A DNA stretch of 64,000 nt, taken from NCBI GenBank assembly GCA_043826565.1, contig JBDRPX010000012.1, positions 7,974-71,973 on the forward strand, in the 5' to 3' direction. This document shows, piece after piece, positions 39,285-49,265 of the stretch. The position numbers were made by a program, and so were the translations under genes. Positions within the stretch are counted from its first letter, which is position 1, and every line of letters begins with the position of its first letter. The notes under the pieces were generated by a model, which made no database searches, was not told the DNA's origin, and saw only the letters and a program-made list of their open reading frames with translations. Source of the DNA: Candidatus Omnitrophota bacterium. Its GTDB lineage: Bacteria; Omnitrophota; Gorgyraeia; B26-G9.

Positions 39285-40640
39285 ATGAGTAGCCGCAGGA
39301 TATTCAAGGTAATAATTACCGCGTTTGCCGCAATTTTAATGTGCGCGGGCTATCTGGGTGCTGAGGAGCAATCTTCCTACAGCCCCAGCCTGGTCTATGT
39401 CAGCGGTAATAATCTGATGTTCGCCTGGAGATGTCCCGACGGGTCTCTGGAAAAAACTAAACCGCTGATTTTTCGGGGAGTAACCTGGGCCGCGGCAACA
39501 CAGGCTCCGCATGACGGGCCGAATCCTCTAAATAATTCCGAATCCGTTCCCTATGGTTTTTTCTTTGACTGGGAGGGGCGCTCTCCGCAGGGGCATGAAG
39601 TTTTTGCTTACTGGTTAACCCGTGAATACGCAAAATATTATGATGTTGATATTGGTTACATGAAGAGGATGAATGTCAATGTCGTAAGAGTTTATACTCA
39701 CTTTGGCTTGGCTCCGCGGGAATATACCCGCATATTGGATAAATTTTATGATAAGAAAATAATGGTTATTTTAACTGTTGCCGGCTCAAAAAGAGAAATT
39801 GACAGCGGGGAATATTTGAAAGTCGTTAATGCCTATAAAGATCATCCGGCTATTTTAATGTGGTCTTTGGGGAATGAATGGAATCTTGATTATAACCGGT
39901 ATCACGGTTATCAGACTATAAAAGAAGCGGCCCAGGCAACTGATCACGCGGCTGGGGAAATAAAAAAGATCGATCCCGGGCATCCGGTAAGCACTTGTTT
40001 GGGGGACCGGTTTGTTGATGATGAAGCAGAGAATACTGTTGCTGCGGTTGTCCAGCTGTGCCCGAATATTGATATCTGGGGCTTCAATGTGTATAGAGGA
40101 AAGAGTTTTGGCAGTCTTTTTTCTCAGTGGGAAAAAATATCCGAAAAACCCATGTATATCAGCGAATTCGGGACAGATTCTTTTTATACGCAAAACTATA
40201 AAATTGCTAATGATTTTCAGGCGATAGCTTGTGTTGGGCAAAAAGATGAGGATATGCAGGCGCAATATATTTTAGGCCTTTGGGAAGAGATCTCGGATAA
40301 TCTTTCCGCTTTGTATGAAAATAAGCAATGTTTAGGCGGGTTGGTCCATGAGTTTAATGATGAGTTGTGGAAAGTCGGCTGCTACCATGTGGATATGGGG
40401 GATATGATTGATTACGATTTTCCGGAACAGGGGTATTCTTATACAGAATATAATACGGAAGGATTCTATTTGCCCGGCGGGCATCCTGATGATGTGGCTA
40501 ATGAGGAATTTTTCGGGGTAATGGATGCTCAGCGCAATCCCAAAAAAGTATTTATCCAATTGCAGAATTACTATGAGAAATTATCTTTTACCGGTGAATA
40601 TACATTCAAGGGGTGTTCAGACGCGGGGACCTTAAAGTGA
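39285..40640 (+). CDS. Secreted TIM-barrel glycoside-hydrolase-like protein (clan GH-A-like)
   Basis: Signal peptide. NVVRVYTHFG ... ILMWSLGNEWN (NEP-like acid/base region). Confidence 0.4.
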   Translation: MSSRRIFKVIITAFAAILMCAGYLGAEEQSSYSPSLVYVSGNNLMFAWRCPDGSLEKTKPLIFRGVTWAAATQAPHDGPNPLNNSESVPYGFFFDWEGRSPQGHEVFAYWLTREYAKYYDVDIGYMKRMNVNVVRVYTHFGLAPREYTRILDKFYDKKIMVILTVAGSKREIDSGEYLKVVNAYKDHPAILMWSLGNEWNLDYNRYHGYQTIKEAAQATDHAAGEIKKIDPGHPVSTCLGDRFVDDEAENTVAAVVQLCPNIDIWGFNVYRGKSFGSLFSQWEKISEKPMYISEFGTDSFYTQNYKIANDFQAIACVGQKDEDMQAQYILGLWEEISDNLSALYENKQCLGGLVHEFNDELWKVGCYHVDMGDMIDYDFPEQGYSYTEYNTEGFYLPGGHPDDVANEEFFGVMDAQRNPKKVFIQLQNYYEKLSFTGEYTFKGCSDAGTLK

Positions 40641-41713
40641 AAAAAATCAAATATGCAGTAATCTATACGATTTATCTGATTGTTCTTTTCGCTGCCGCGG
40701 ATATTATTTATACGTCATTTTTTGAACATATTCCTCCTTTGCGCACGGAAGTATATTTACAGATGAGCGGGGAATCGATCCATCAAAAGGCCAAAGACCC
40801 GATGCTTGTCTATGAATTAAAGCCTTATGCAAAGGATCTCTCCCGGCAGTACTATATTAATTCCCGGGGTATGCGCGATAAAGAGCTGATGGATGAAAAT
40901 CCGGATCTTCGGGTGCTTGTCCTGGGTGATTCCATAACTTTCGGCCCGGAAGTAAAAAATGAAGAGCTGTTTACGGAAATCGCGGAAAATATTCTGGCTG
41001 AGCAGGGAGAGAGAGTAGAAATACTTAATGCCGGAGTATGCGGATATAATACGCGCCAGGAATTTCTGGCCTTAAAGACAAAGCATATCGATCTGGCTCC
41101 GGATCTGGTTATTTTTGCTTATTGTACGGATGACGCGACCGAAGCCGCAATACAGTATCTTCCGGATGATTATGTGCAAAAGGAGTTTTTTATAAAAAAA
41201 GGAAATATGCCGAAAGGCCCGGGAGCAATGCATTATCGTAATATTACTCCGCAAGATTATCTTTGCATGGTTTTCCCTGAGCAGTCTTTCTTCCCGTATA
41301 AGTTGGACCGGTGGCTGCTTAAAAATAGCGGGATTTACCGAACCATAGCCATAACCGCTTTTAAAAAACAAAATAATATAAGGGATGCTAAAGATATTCC
41401 GGCGTTTTTACTTGTTTTTGATTATGAGGAGCTTTTGCGGGAGATAAAAGAGTATGCGCGAAAGAATGAATTCCGGGTAGCGTTTATGACTTGTCCGACA
41501 GTCAGGTCATGGGATAATGAAGCGTTTAAAAAGCGTCTTGAAAATAGCGGAATAGCGTGTTGGGATCTGGCCGGGGTTATGGCCGAACGTCTTAAGCCGG
41601 ATGAGAATATCTGGGAGATTGACCCGCATTTAAATATAAACGGGCATAGGATGTTCGGAGAAGTGCTCGCGGAAAGTTTAAAACAGCAGATAAATTATTC
41701 TTCAGGGGAATAA
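40613..41713 (+). CDS. Membrane-anchored SGNH/GDSL hydrolase-family protein (start possibly GTG 40637)
   Basis: N-terminal TM. Block I VLVLGDSITFG. C-terminal DPHLNINGH (DxxH-like). Confidence 0.55.
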   Translation: MFRRGDLKVKKIKYAVIYTIYLIVLFAAADIIYTSFFEHIPPLRTEVYLQMSGESIHQKAKDPMLVYELKPYAKDLSRQYYINSRGMRDKELMDENPDLRVLVLGDSITFGPEVKNEELFTEIAENILAEQGERVEILNAGVCGYNTRQEFLALKTKHIDLAPDLVIFAYCTDDATEAAIQYLPDDYVQKEFFIKKGNMPKGPGAMHYRNITPQDYLCMVFPEQSFFPYKLDRWLLKNSGIYRTIAITAFKKQNNIRDAKDIPAFLLVFDYEELLREIKEYARKNEFRVAFMTCPTVRSWDNEAFKKRLENSGIACWDLAGVMAERLKPDENIWEIDPHLNINGHRMFGEVLAESLKQQINYSSGE

Positions 41714-43191
41714 CTTGCGATATTTCTAAATTCTACGCGTTTTTCAAGCTGGTTAATATACTTGAAATAAAATACTATGTAGTGCCGCATTGATTTGAAT
41801 ATTCCTATTGTGCTTGATTGTCTGAGCACCTTGTATCCATAAAAAGCAAAAAACATCCATTTGTAAAAATGAGTTAGCGGTAAAGAGATGAGGAACGGGG
41901 TAAACGGGCGTAAAAATGGAAATTGTACGATAATGCCAAACAATTTATGTAAGTTAACAATCTTACGTTTCAGGTGCTTATCTCCAAAATCCAGGGCAGA
42001 ATCAGTTTTATTGGATACGCTTATTTTTTCAAAGTCGGCATTAAAAATTCCTTTTTGAATAGCTAACCGTCCGAGTTCTGTTGCCGGATATGGATAAAAA
42101 AGAGAAGACCATGCAAAATAAGGTTTGAGCGCAATATTAAAATTTAACGTTTCCATATCTACGGCCAAAGGATTATCCACCGGTAGTCCCAGGAGATTTT
42201 GAGTCATGATTTTGATTCTATATGCATGAAGAGTTGCGCGGGCTTTAGTTATTTGTTCATTAGAAAGATTTCGTTTGAGGACTCCTGCGGCGATCTTATT
42301 ATTTCCGCATTCTACCCCCATATTTACGTTTCGGCAATTTGCTTGTTTTAACAATTTGCAGATTTTTTCGTTCACTAAGTTTGCCCGCACATTACAGGTA
42401 ATCGGGCACCCGATCGTTTTGGGGTATTTCCCGGCAAATTCTTCCAGCCATCCTTTGGGTTTGAGCAGAAATATATCATCATTAATAAAAACACGGTCCA
42501 GAAAATACTGTTCTTTTACTTCCTTTATCTCCGCAATCAAATTATCCACAGAACGGTACCGTAGTGTTTTACCTTTATCTTTAGTCAGGGTATTGTAAGC
42601 ATGATTAAAGCAATAGGTGCATTGGTAGGGACAACCTCTCATTGAAATAAACATCTTGAATCCCTTAGCACATAAAGCGGGATCAGCGCCGTAAAATAAT
42701 TTCCTGTCGGGAAAAGGAAACGCATCCAAGTTTTCCGCTAAAGGACCGATTTCGTTTTCAATAATACTGCCGTCAGGTTTTTTAAACCAGAAGTTCGGAG
42801 TGTTATAAAAGTCCCGGCCTCGTTCCATGAGATTAACCAGCTGCGGGAAGTAAATATCTCCTTCTCCGCGGCAAAGGGCATCGACGTTTTGTTTTTGAAT
42901 CATATCCGGCATGAATGTCGGATGCGGCCCGCCGAAAACAGAAAAGCAGTTATAGTGAGTTCGGATCATTTGATTTAAATCAATGTGATAGTTATGTTCT
43001 CCGGTCATAATACTGTAAGCAAGGATATGCGGTTTAAAGTCTTTTACTCTTGCCACACATTCCTGCTCAGAGAACTCTTCCGTTAATAGCAATGTTACGG
43101 TATGGCCGTGTTGTTTAAAGATGCTCGAAAGCGTCATTATTCCTAATCGTTCGAACATCCCTGTGTTTTTGAGTAAAAATTGAATTCTCAT
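41695..43191 (-). CDS. B12-binding domain radical SAM protein (class B rSAM)
   Basis: N-terminal Rossmann-like B12-binding region. CPYQCTYC (CxxxCxxC) radical SAM motif. Confidence 0.75.
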   Translation of the reverse strand: MRIQFLLKNTGMFERLGIMTLSSIFKQHGHTVTLLLTEEFSEQECVARVKDFKPHILAYSIMTGEHNYHIDLNQMIRTHYNCFSVFGGPHPTFMPDMIQKQNVDALCRGEGDIYFPQLVNLMERGRDFYNTPNFWFKKPDGSIIENEIGPLAENLDAFPFPDRKLFYGADPALCAKGFKMFISMRGCPYQCTYCFNHAYNTLTKDKGKTLRYRSVDNLIAEIKEVKEQYFLDRVFINDDIFLLKPKGWLEEFAGKYPKTIGCPITCNVRANLVNEKICKLLKQANCRNVNMGVECGNNKIAAGVLKRNLSNEQITKARATLHAYRIKIMTQNLLGLPVDNPLAVDMETLNFNIALKPYFAWSSLFYPYPATELGRLAIQKGIFNADFEKISVSNKTDSALDFGDKHLKRKIVNLHKLFGIIVQFPFLRPFTPFLISLPLTHFYKWMFFAFYGYKVLRQSSTIGIFKSMRHYIVFYFKYINQLEKRVEFRNIASYSPEE

Positions 43192-43238
43192 CCGTACGTC
43201 CTTGAATTGCGAAAGTGTTCAGGATATAACATTTGAAA

Positions 43239-44198
43239 TCACCTACTGGGTTGTGCTGTAAAAATCTCAAGAGCTAATATTTTATGTGCTAATCTTTCAT
43301 TAAACTCAGCACTTGGATGGCTGTTCTCTTTGGAAATTATGCTGTTCCCGTATCGCTTTTCTAAAAGTTCATCAATATGATAGAAATACATCCCGTTATC
43401 AAGGCAGTATTTTTCTAATTTCCTATTATAGTTTTCAAATCTTTGATTTGTTGTATAACTAAGGATTATTATTTTCGTTTTTTTACTGCTCGAGGCTAAA
43501 TTGCTTAAGGGATCCTGGATATATTTAAAAAACCGTTCTTCCGATAAATCTTTAAATATTTCCTCATAAACTTTATTAGAATAATATTGCATAAGCGTCT
43601 TTTTTGTAAAAATAGAATTAAAGGGCGGAATGAAATACTTATGATCAGTTTCGATTATTTTGTGAAGTTTTTCCTGGATCAAAGAAGAAGCACAGATATC
43701 GTTAATTAAGAGTATTTGAAAAATTATTACTTTAGGCGGAGACATATTCACCCATTTAGAAAAATAGTTAGCTACCGAATCGTTGATATTAGCATTAATC
43801 GTAGCTAAATTTATATATTTATTTTTACCGCAGATTTTATTTAAAAAATAAGAAATTGTTTGATCGTCGTTTAGTCCTTCCCCCAAAAAAAACGAGTCTC
43901 CCAGCAATACGACATTATCATCTCCGGATCTATTAATTTCGAATAGGTTCCGGGATCCGAAATTATTTATTGTAACATGAAATTTTTTGTTAGAAATACT
44001 TTTGAAATCACCAGAGTGAGAAAAGTAGGATAATCTGGATAAATTTGGAGTATAATTTTCAGGCTCGATTGTTTTTATATCAGGAAAACTATATTTACAT
44101 AAAAAGCGTATTGCTATTAAAGAGCTGATATAAAAATAGATGGTTAAAGCAAAAATTAATCCATTTATATATATTTTTTTATTTTTAATTATTTTCAT
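43239..44198 (-). CDS. Membrane-anchored SGNH/GDSL hydrolase-like protein
   Basis: N-terminal TM. VVLLGDSFFLGEGL (GDS block). C-terminal NSHPSAEFN (xxHP block). Confidence 0.5.
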   Translation of the reverse strand: MKIIKNKKIYINGLIFALTIYFYISSLIAIRFLCKYSFPDIKTIEPENYTPNLSRLSYFSHSGDFKSISNKKFHVTINNFGSRNLFEINRSGDDNVVLLGDSFFLGEGLNDDQTISYFLNKICGKNKYINLATINANINDSVANYFSKWVNMSPPKVIIFQILLINDICASSLIQEKLHKIIETDHKYFIPPFNSIFTKKTLMQYYSNKVYEEIFKDLSEERFFKYIQDPLSNLASSSKKTKIIILSYTTNQRFENYNRKLEKYCLDNGMYFYHIDELLEKRYGNSIISKENSHPSAEFNERLAHKILALEIFTAQPSR

Positions 44199-44272
44199 TA
44201 TTTTTTAACATTGGCATCACCTGACTCGACCGAGCCGATTCGGCGAGGGGAGAGGTTAGGTGGATAAAGTTG

Positions 44273-44629
44273 TTATACGCCAAATATTTTCGACCTAAAC
44301 ATAAAGAATATTGCTCCAAGCAAGCATAGCCCTGCCCATAAATAATCATAAGTGATTTTTTCTTTCATAAAAAAGATTGAAAATGGTACAAAAACCATTA
44401 GCGTGATTATTTCTTGAAGAATCTTTAGTTGTCCAACATTCATAACTTGATGTCCAATCCTGTTTGCAGGTACTTGCAATAAATATTCAAAAAATGCTAT
44501 TCCCCAACTGATAAGTGCCGCAACAATCCAAGGCTTATGATTTAGATGTTTGAGGTGGCCATACCAAGCAAAAGTCATAAAAATGTTACTGCAGCTCAGT
44601 AAACCTATTGTTAAATAAATATGTTTCAT
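44273..44629 (-). CDS. Small 4-TM membrane protein, DMT-superfamily / DUF486-like
   Basis: FEYLLQVPANRIG motif and four hydrophobic helices. Confidence 0.4.
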   Translation of the reverse strand: MKHIYLTIGLLSCSNIFMTFAWYGHLKHLNHKPWIVAALISWGIAFFEYLLQVPANRIGHQVMNVGQLKILQEIITLMVFVPFSIFFMKEKITYDYLWAGLCLLGAIFFMFRSKIFGV

Positions 44630-44868
44630 ATTTTTCCTTTTAATTTTTCATATAGCGTTTAAGCTCACCTGCCTGTGCCCAATCCCGAAAGGGCGCGGGA
44701 AAAGAGCAGGTGCAGTGTGTTGGTAGAGGTTTTTATTTCCCTTATAATAATAGCACTTTGGGGGGAGGGTATCAAGGAAAACACTTGATTATTACCAGGG
44801 TAAACATATAATGAAATAAACCCATATAATATGCTTAAAAGGTAAAGATTAGAGAGGAAAGGGGCGGA

Positions 44869-45537
44869 ATGAGTTTTAAGGAAAAGGACTTATTTATATT
44901 TGATTTAGACGGAACATTGGTGGACGCGTATAAAGCCATTGAGCAGAGTTTGAATTTTACCCGGAAGAAATTTGGGCTTACACCGATCGATTATAATACT
45001 GCCAAGCGGAATGTCGGAAAAGGGGATAAGCCTTTTGTCGATATGTTTTTCCCTAAAGAACTGCGGGATAAAGCGGTAGATGTTTACCGCGAACATCATA
45101 AACAGGCAATAAAAAGGTTTGCTCAGCCCAAGGAATACGCGAAGATGCTGCTTTATCGTTTAAAACAAAAAGGAAAACTTTTGGCGATCGCTTCCAACCG
45201 CCCGGCGTTTTATACCGATATAATTTTAAAAAATCTGGATATGAAAAAATATTTTGATTGTGTGCTTTGCGCCGATGATGTTAATAGCTGGAAGCCAAAG
45301 CCGAAAATTTTGCAGGAAGTATTAACAAGGCTTAAAGTTCCGAAGGAAAAAGCCGTATACACCGGAGATATGGATGTTGATCTGGAAACCGCAAAAAGGG
45401 CAAAAATGGAGGCAATATTTATTGCCGGCGGATCCAGCCCGCTTTCGGATGTTAAACAATATAAGAATAAGATAGTCGTACATTCATTAAAAGAATTATA
45501 TGGCTTGGTTAATGGAAAGGTAAAGAGGTGGGATTAA
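44869..45537 (+). CDS. HAD-superfamily hydrolase (phosphatase)
   Basis: Motif I FIFDLDGTLVD. Motifs II/III (IASNR ... GDMDVD). RBS AAAGGGG. Confidence 0.75.
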   Translation: MSFKEKDLFIFDLDGTLVDAYKAIEQSLNFTRKKFGLTPIDYNTAKRNVGKGDKPFVDMFFPKELRDKAVDVYREHHKQAIKRFAQPKEYAKMLLYRLKQKGKLLAIASNRPAFYTDIILKNLDMKKYFDCVLCADDVNSWKPKPKILQEVLTRLKVPKEKAVYTGDMDVDLETAKRAKMEAIFIAGGSSPLSDVKQYKNKIVVHSLKELYGLVNGKVKRWD

Positions 45538-45540
45538 GCT

Positions 45541-46299
45541 ATGCGGATTATACGGTTTTTATATAAGGGAAAAGAATCCTGGGGAATTGTCAAAGACGGC
45601 CGGGTTAAATTATTAAAAGCAGAGCCGTTTTCTAAAATAATTATTACTAAAGAGACGGTTCCTTTTAAAAATGTGCAATTACTGGTCCCGGCACAAGCCG
45701 GTAAAATCGTTTTGGTGGGTTTAAATTATAAAGACCATGCCCGTGAGCTTAAAATGAAAATTCCAAAAGAGCCGATCATTTTCTTAAAACCGGCTACCGC
45801 GCTGATCGCGCATAAACATAAGATTATTTATCCGCGGGGAGTTACGCGCTTGGATTACGAAGCGGAATTGGCTTTAGTAATAAAGAAAAAAGCAAAAAAT
45901 ATTACGGAAAAAGACGCGCATAAATACATTCTGGGCTATACCTGTCTGAATGATGTTACGGCCCGTGATATTCAAAAAAAAGACGGCCAATGGACCCGGG
46001 CAAAATCATTTGATACGTTTTGTCCGGTCGGCCCCTGGGTGGAAACAGACCTTGATCCTTCGGATGTAAAGATTACTTCTTTTTTAAATAAAAAAATCAA
46101 GCAGGAATCCTCCACGGCGAACTTTATTTTTTCTGTACCGTTTCTGGTGGCGTTTATTTCCCGGGTAATGACTTTACTGCCCGGAGATATTATTTCTACG
46201 GGAACTCCTTCGGGAGTAGGAAAGATGAAGCCATCAGATAATATTTCTGTGGCTATTGAAGGTATCGGGCAGCTGGAAAATACAGTTATAAAGGAATAG
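45541..46299 (+). CDS. Fumarylacetoacetate hydrolase (FAH) family protein
   Basis: VGLNYKDHARELKM, YEAELALVI and DVTARDIQ are FAH-family hallmarks. Confidence 0.75.
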   Translation: MRIIRFLYKGKESWGIVKDGRVKLLKAEPFSKIIITKETVPFKNVQLLVPAQAGKIVLVGLNYKDHARELKMKIPKEPIIFLKPATALIAHKHKIIYPRGVTRLDYEAELALVIKKKAKNITEKDAHKYILGYTCLNDVTARDIQKKDGQWTRAKSFDTFCPVGPWVETDLDPSDVKITSFLNKKIKQESSTANFIFSVPFLVAFISRVMTLLPGDIISTGTPSGVGKMKPSDNISVAIEGIGQLENTVIKE

Positions 46300-46361
46300 G
46301 TTATTTATGGTTTTTAAAAAATACAATCTTCAATTTTCAACTTTCAATATTCAATTATAAT

Positions 46362-47648
46362 ATGTGGAAAAAGACGCGTTATTTTTCCGTGATATTAGTA
46401 CTTTTAATTGTCGCTGGTTTCTTTTCGTTTGTCTATATGCTGCTGCGGACAACCAAAGGATCGGAATTAATTACCCGGGCAGGAATCTCTTATTATTTAG
46501 ATTCTGAGGATATCTTGATCGGGGATATCGAAGGCGACCTTTCGCAAGGATTAATATTTAATGAAGTCGAAATAAAAAACTTAAAAATGCTTCCGCAAGG
46601 CAGTATTATTAAAGTGCAAAAGCTTAGCGTGAGTGCTCAGGAATATTCTTTACGGGAAGTTAATTTTGATATATATAACGGAAGATTGCAAATGCCGGGC
46701 TCGGAACCGGTTATTTTTTACGGCAGCTATAAAAACGCTTTGCTTGATCTGACGGTATATTCCAAACATGTGTCTATGCGGGATATATTTGATTTATTTG
46801 TGGATAATATTACCCTGCAGAATATTTCCGGACAGGTTAAGGATATGGATATAAAGATCCAGGGCTCTTTATACGCCCCGCGGCTGACCGGTTCTTTGTA
46901 TGTGGAAAATTTAAAACGAATGGGGTTTTTACTGCAGGACTCTCCGGTTATATTTGATATAACCCTTAATGATATTAAAAATAATATTAGATTGATCGGA
47001 GAAGTGATCCTGAAAAAAGGAGCAATATCCGCCCGGCAGACTAAAGCGGATTTGCTGGAAAGTAAAATAATATTTTCCGGAGATCCCAAACAGCCGTCTT
47101 TTAATTGTGCCGGTAAAACAGTAATAGAGAATGTTGCAATTGAAATATTGTTTAAGGGCACGGCAAATGATCCGGAGCTGATACTTTCTTCTACTCCGCC
47201 TCTATCCAGAGGCATGCTTTTAGCGATGCTGGTTACCGGAAAACGCTGGCAGGGAGCAGAGGATACGATTAGTCAAGGGCAAATATCTCCGGATATTATT
47301 AAAGATGTTGTTGATTATATTATCTTTACCGGATCGGGAAAGACTTTGACGCGGTATTTTAGGCTTGAGAATATTTCGTTTACTCTTGATTCTGATAAAA
47401 GAGGGGTGGCGGTAACCAAGGGAGTTTCTAAAAAAACAGAAGTCAGTTATGGAATTAAACAGGCAAATGTCGCCGATGAACAAAATTTAAAGACTACACA
47501 TTCAGTGGGTGTGGGGTATAATATAAATGCTGATGAATCTGTTTCTGTAGAAGCGGAGCGGGAAATTAAACCTTTAGAACAAACAGATGAGCAGCAAAAA
47601 CAGCAAGCCGACGAAAAGTTAATGATAAAATTTAAAAAACAGTTTTAA
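46362..47648 (+). CDS. Hypothetical envelope protein with N-terminal TM
   Basis: One N-terminal TM helix then a soluble beta-rich region. No motif recognised. Confidence 0.35.
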   Translation: MWKKTRYFSVILVLLIVAGFFSFVYMLLRTTKGSELITRAGISYYLDSEDILIGDIEGDLSQGLIFNEVEIKNLKMLPQGSIIKVQKLSVSAQEYSLREVNFDIYNGRLQMPGSEPVIFYGSYKNALLDLTVYSKHVSMRDIFDLFVDNITLQNISGQVKDMDIKIQGSLYAPRLTGSLYVENLKRMGFLLQDSPVIFDITLNDIKNNIRLIGEVILKKGAISARQTKADLLESKIIFSGDPKQPSFNCAGKTVIENVAIEILFKGTANDPELILSSTPPLSRGMLLAMLVTGKRWQGAEDTISQGQISPDIIKDVVDYIIFTGSGKTLTRYFRLENISFTLDSDKRGVAVTKGVSKKTEVSYGIKQANVADEQNLKTTHSVGVGYNINADESVSVEAEREIKPLEQTDEQQKQQADEKLMIKFKKQF

Positions 47649-47659
47649 CGGAGGGCGAT

Positions 47660-48382
47660 ATGAATCTACTGATATTTCTTATAATTATTATGATATCTTT
47701 TATAATTGTAAGGATCGGCGCAATTGCTTTTGAATTGACCGGACTGGAATGGTCATTAGCAAAATTTCAATCACTTTCCTGCTTTACCGGAACCGGGTTT
47801 ACAACCCGGGAATCGGAATTAATTACCGGCCATCCCCAGCGCAGGGAGATCGCTTCGACCCTGATGATCTTGGGAAACGCGGGACTGGTCACTTTGATCG
47901 CGACATTTGCCAATACCCTGCGCGCGGATGTTGTGATGAAAGAATTTACCTTGCCTTTTTTTGAATGGGCTATCCCCGCGTCTTTTCTTCCGTGGATAAA
48001 GCTTATGTTTGTGGCCGGGGCTCTTTTTATGCTCTATAAACTATTCCGCAATAACACGCTTACCCGGAAGCTGTCGGAGTATATCCGCGAGCGTTTGATC
48101 AAGAAAAATATTATTAAAGTTGCTTCTTTTGAAGAACTCGCGCTGGTTGCCGAAGGGTATGGAGTATCGAGCGTGGATATCGGCGAAAGCAGTCCGATTA
48201 TTAATAGCAGTATTATAGAATCTCACTTAAGGGATTTTGATGTTACGGTTTTAGCGATTGAGCGGGACGGTAAGATTATCCCTAATCCTACGGCCAGCCG
48301 GAAAATTCTTTTGAATGACCGGGTCGTGTGTTTTGGTAAGCCGGCAAATGTAAAAAAGGCTTTATGCGGAGATAAAGATTAG
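47660..48382 (+). CDS. Membrane protein with C-terminal TrkA-C (RCK_C)-like domain
   Basis: Two N-terminal TM helices with a pore-like SCFTGTGFTT segment. The C-terminus resembles RCK_C (DVTVLAIERDGKIIPNP...RVVCFG). Confidence 0.4.
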   Translation: MNLLIFLIIIMISFIIVRIGAIAFELTGLEWSLAKFQSLSCFTGTGFTTRESELITGHPQRREIASTLMILGNAGLVTLIATFANTLRADVVMKEFTLPFFEWAIPASFLPWIKLMFVAGALFMLYKLFRNNTLTRKLSEYIRERLIKKNIIKVASFEELALVAEGYGVSSVDIGESSPIINSSIIESHLRDFDVTVLAIERDGKIIPNPTASRKILLNDRVVCFGKPANVKKALCGDKD

Positions 48383-48386
48383 CTGA

Positions 48387-48415
48387 TTGACAGTATCTGC
48401 GCGCAGCGGTATACT
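48387..48415 (+). promoter_or_regulatory. Near-consensus sigma70 promoter TTGACA-17-TATACT with palindrome CTGCGCGCAG in the spacer
   Basis: Read directly. Confidence 0.5.
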
Positions 48416-48435
48416 ATAAATCAAAATTAACTGAT

Positions 48436-48474
48436 ACCCCCAGGGACGGGAAAGTGTCTTCGGGGGTGTTTTAT
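48436..48474 (+). terminator. Intrinsic-terminator-like hairpin about 25 nt after the predicted TSS (leader terminator)
   Basis: ACCCCC-N20-GGGGGT followed by GTTTTATT. It lies between the promoter and the RBS of 48506. Confidence 0.4.
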
Positions 48475-48505
48475 TAAAAAGTAACCAGAAACCAGAGGGA
48501 AAAAA

Positions 48506-49255
48506 ATGTTTAAAAAAATTATTTTAAGTATTATTGCGGTAATTTTGGTTTTGCTGGTAGTGATTGCGGTAGGGAAAAATATTATTGCCAAGGAAGCAAT
48601 AACTAAAGGGGTTAAGGCGATTACCGGCTTGACCTTAGAAATAAAAAAGATGAATATCGGGTTTGCCTCGACTCTTATCGGCATCGAAGGGCTGCAGTTA
48701 TTTAACCCGGATGATTTTGAAGATAGAATTATGGTTGATTTGCCGGAAATATATGTCGACTATGATTTAAAAGCATTTTTGGATAAGAAAATACATTTAG
48801 AAGAAGTGCGTTTAAAGCTGAATGAATTTGTTGTGGTTACCCGGGCGGATGGAACCCGGAACATTGATGCTTTAAATGCCGCGCCGGCTAAAGACGAAAA
48901 GAAACCAAAAAAGGAAGCAGCACCTAAAGAACAGGGAAAAGCTCCGGAATTTAAAATTGATGTATTGCAATTAAAAGTCGGGAAAGTTGTGCTTGTTGAA
49001 TATGACCGCAAGGGAAAACGCTCCGTAAAAGAGATCAACGTGAACATTGATGAGCGGTTTGAGAATATTGATGACCCGCAAAAATTTGTACGTTTAATTG
49101 TGACTAAGACACTGATGAAGACAGCTCTGGATGTGGGGAATTGGAAAGACGGAGTTTCCGGGTTGTTGAAAGATTCAACCGGAGTGGTAACCGGTACTGC
49201 CGGAGATGTTGTGGATCAGGCCAAGGATAAACTGAAAAAGCTTTTGCCGTTTTAA
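48506..49255 (+). CDS. Hypothetical Lys-rich protein with N-terminal TM
   Basis: N-terminal TM IILSIIAVILVLLVVIAVG. No recognised domain. Confidence 0.35.
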   Translation: MFKKIILSIIAVILVLLVVIAVGKNIIAKEAITKGVKAITGLTLEIKKMNIGFASTLIGIEGLQLFNPDDFEDRIMVDLPEIYVDYDLKAFLDKKIHLEEVRLKLNEFVVVTRADGTRNIDALNAAPAKDEKKPKKEAAPKEQGKAPEFKIDVLQLKVGKVVLVEYDRKGKRSVKEINVNIDERFENIDDPQKFVRLIVTKTLMKTALDVGNWKDGVSGLLKDSTGVVTGTAGDVVDQAKDKLKKLLPF

Positions 49256-49265
49256 GATTGGTTGT

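Noticed and set aside
48422-48475. preQ1 or fluoride riboswitch in the 48506 leader
   Set aside because: The hairpin and tail do not match the preQ1-I (A-rich tail after a 5-bp stem) or crcB consensus elements.
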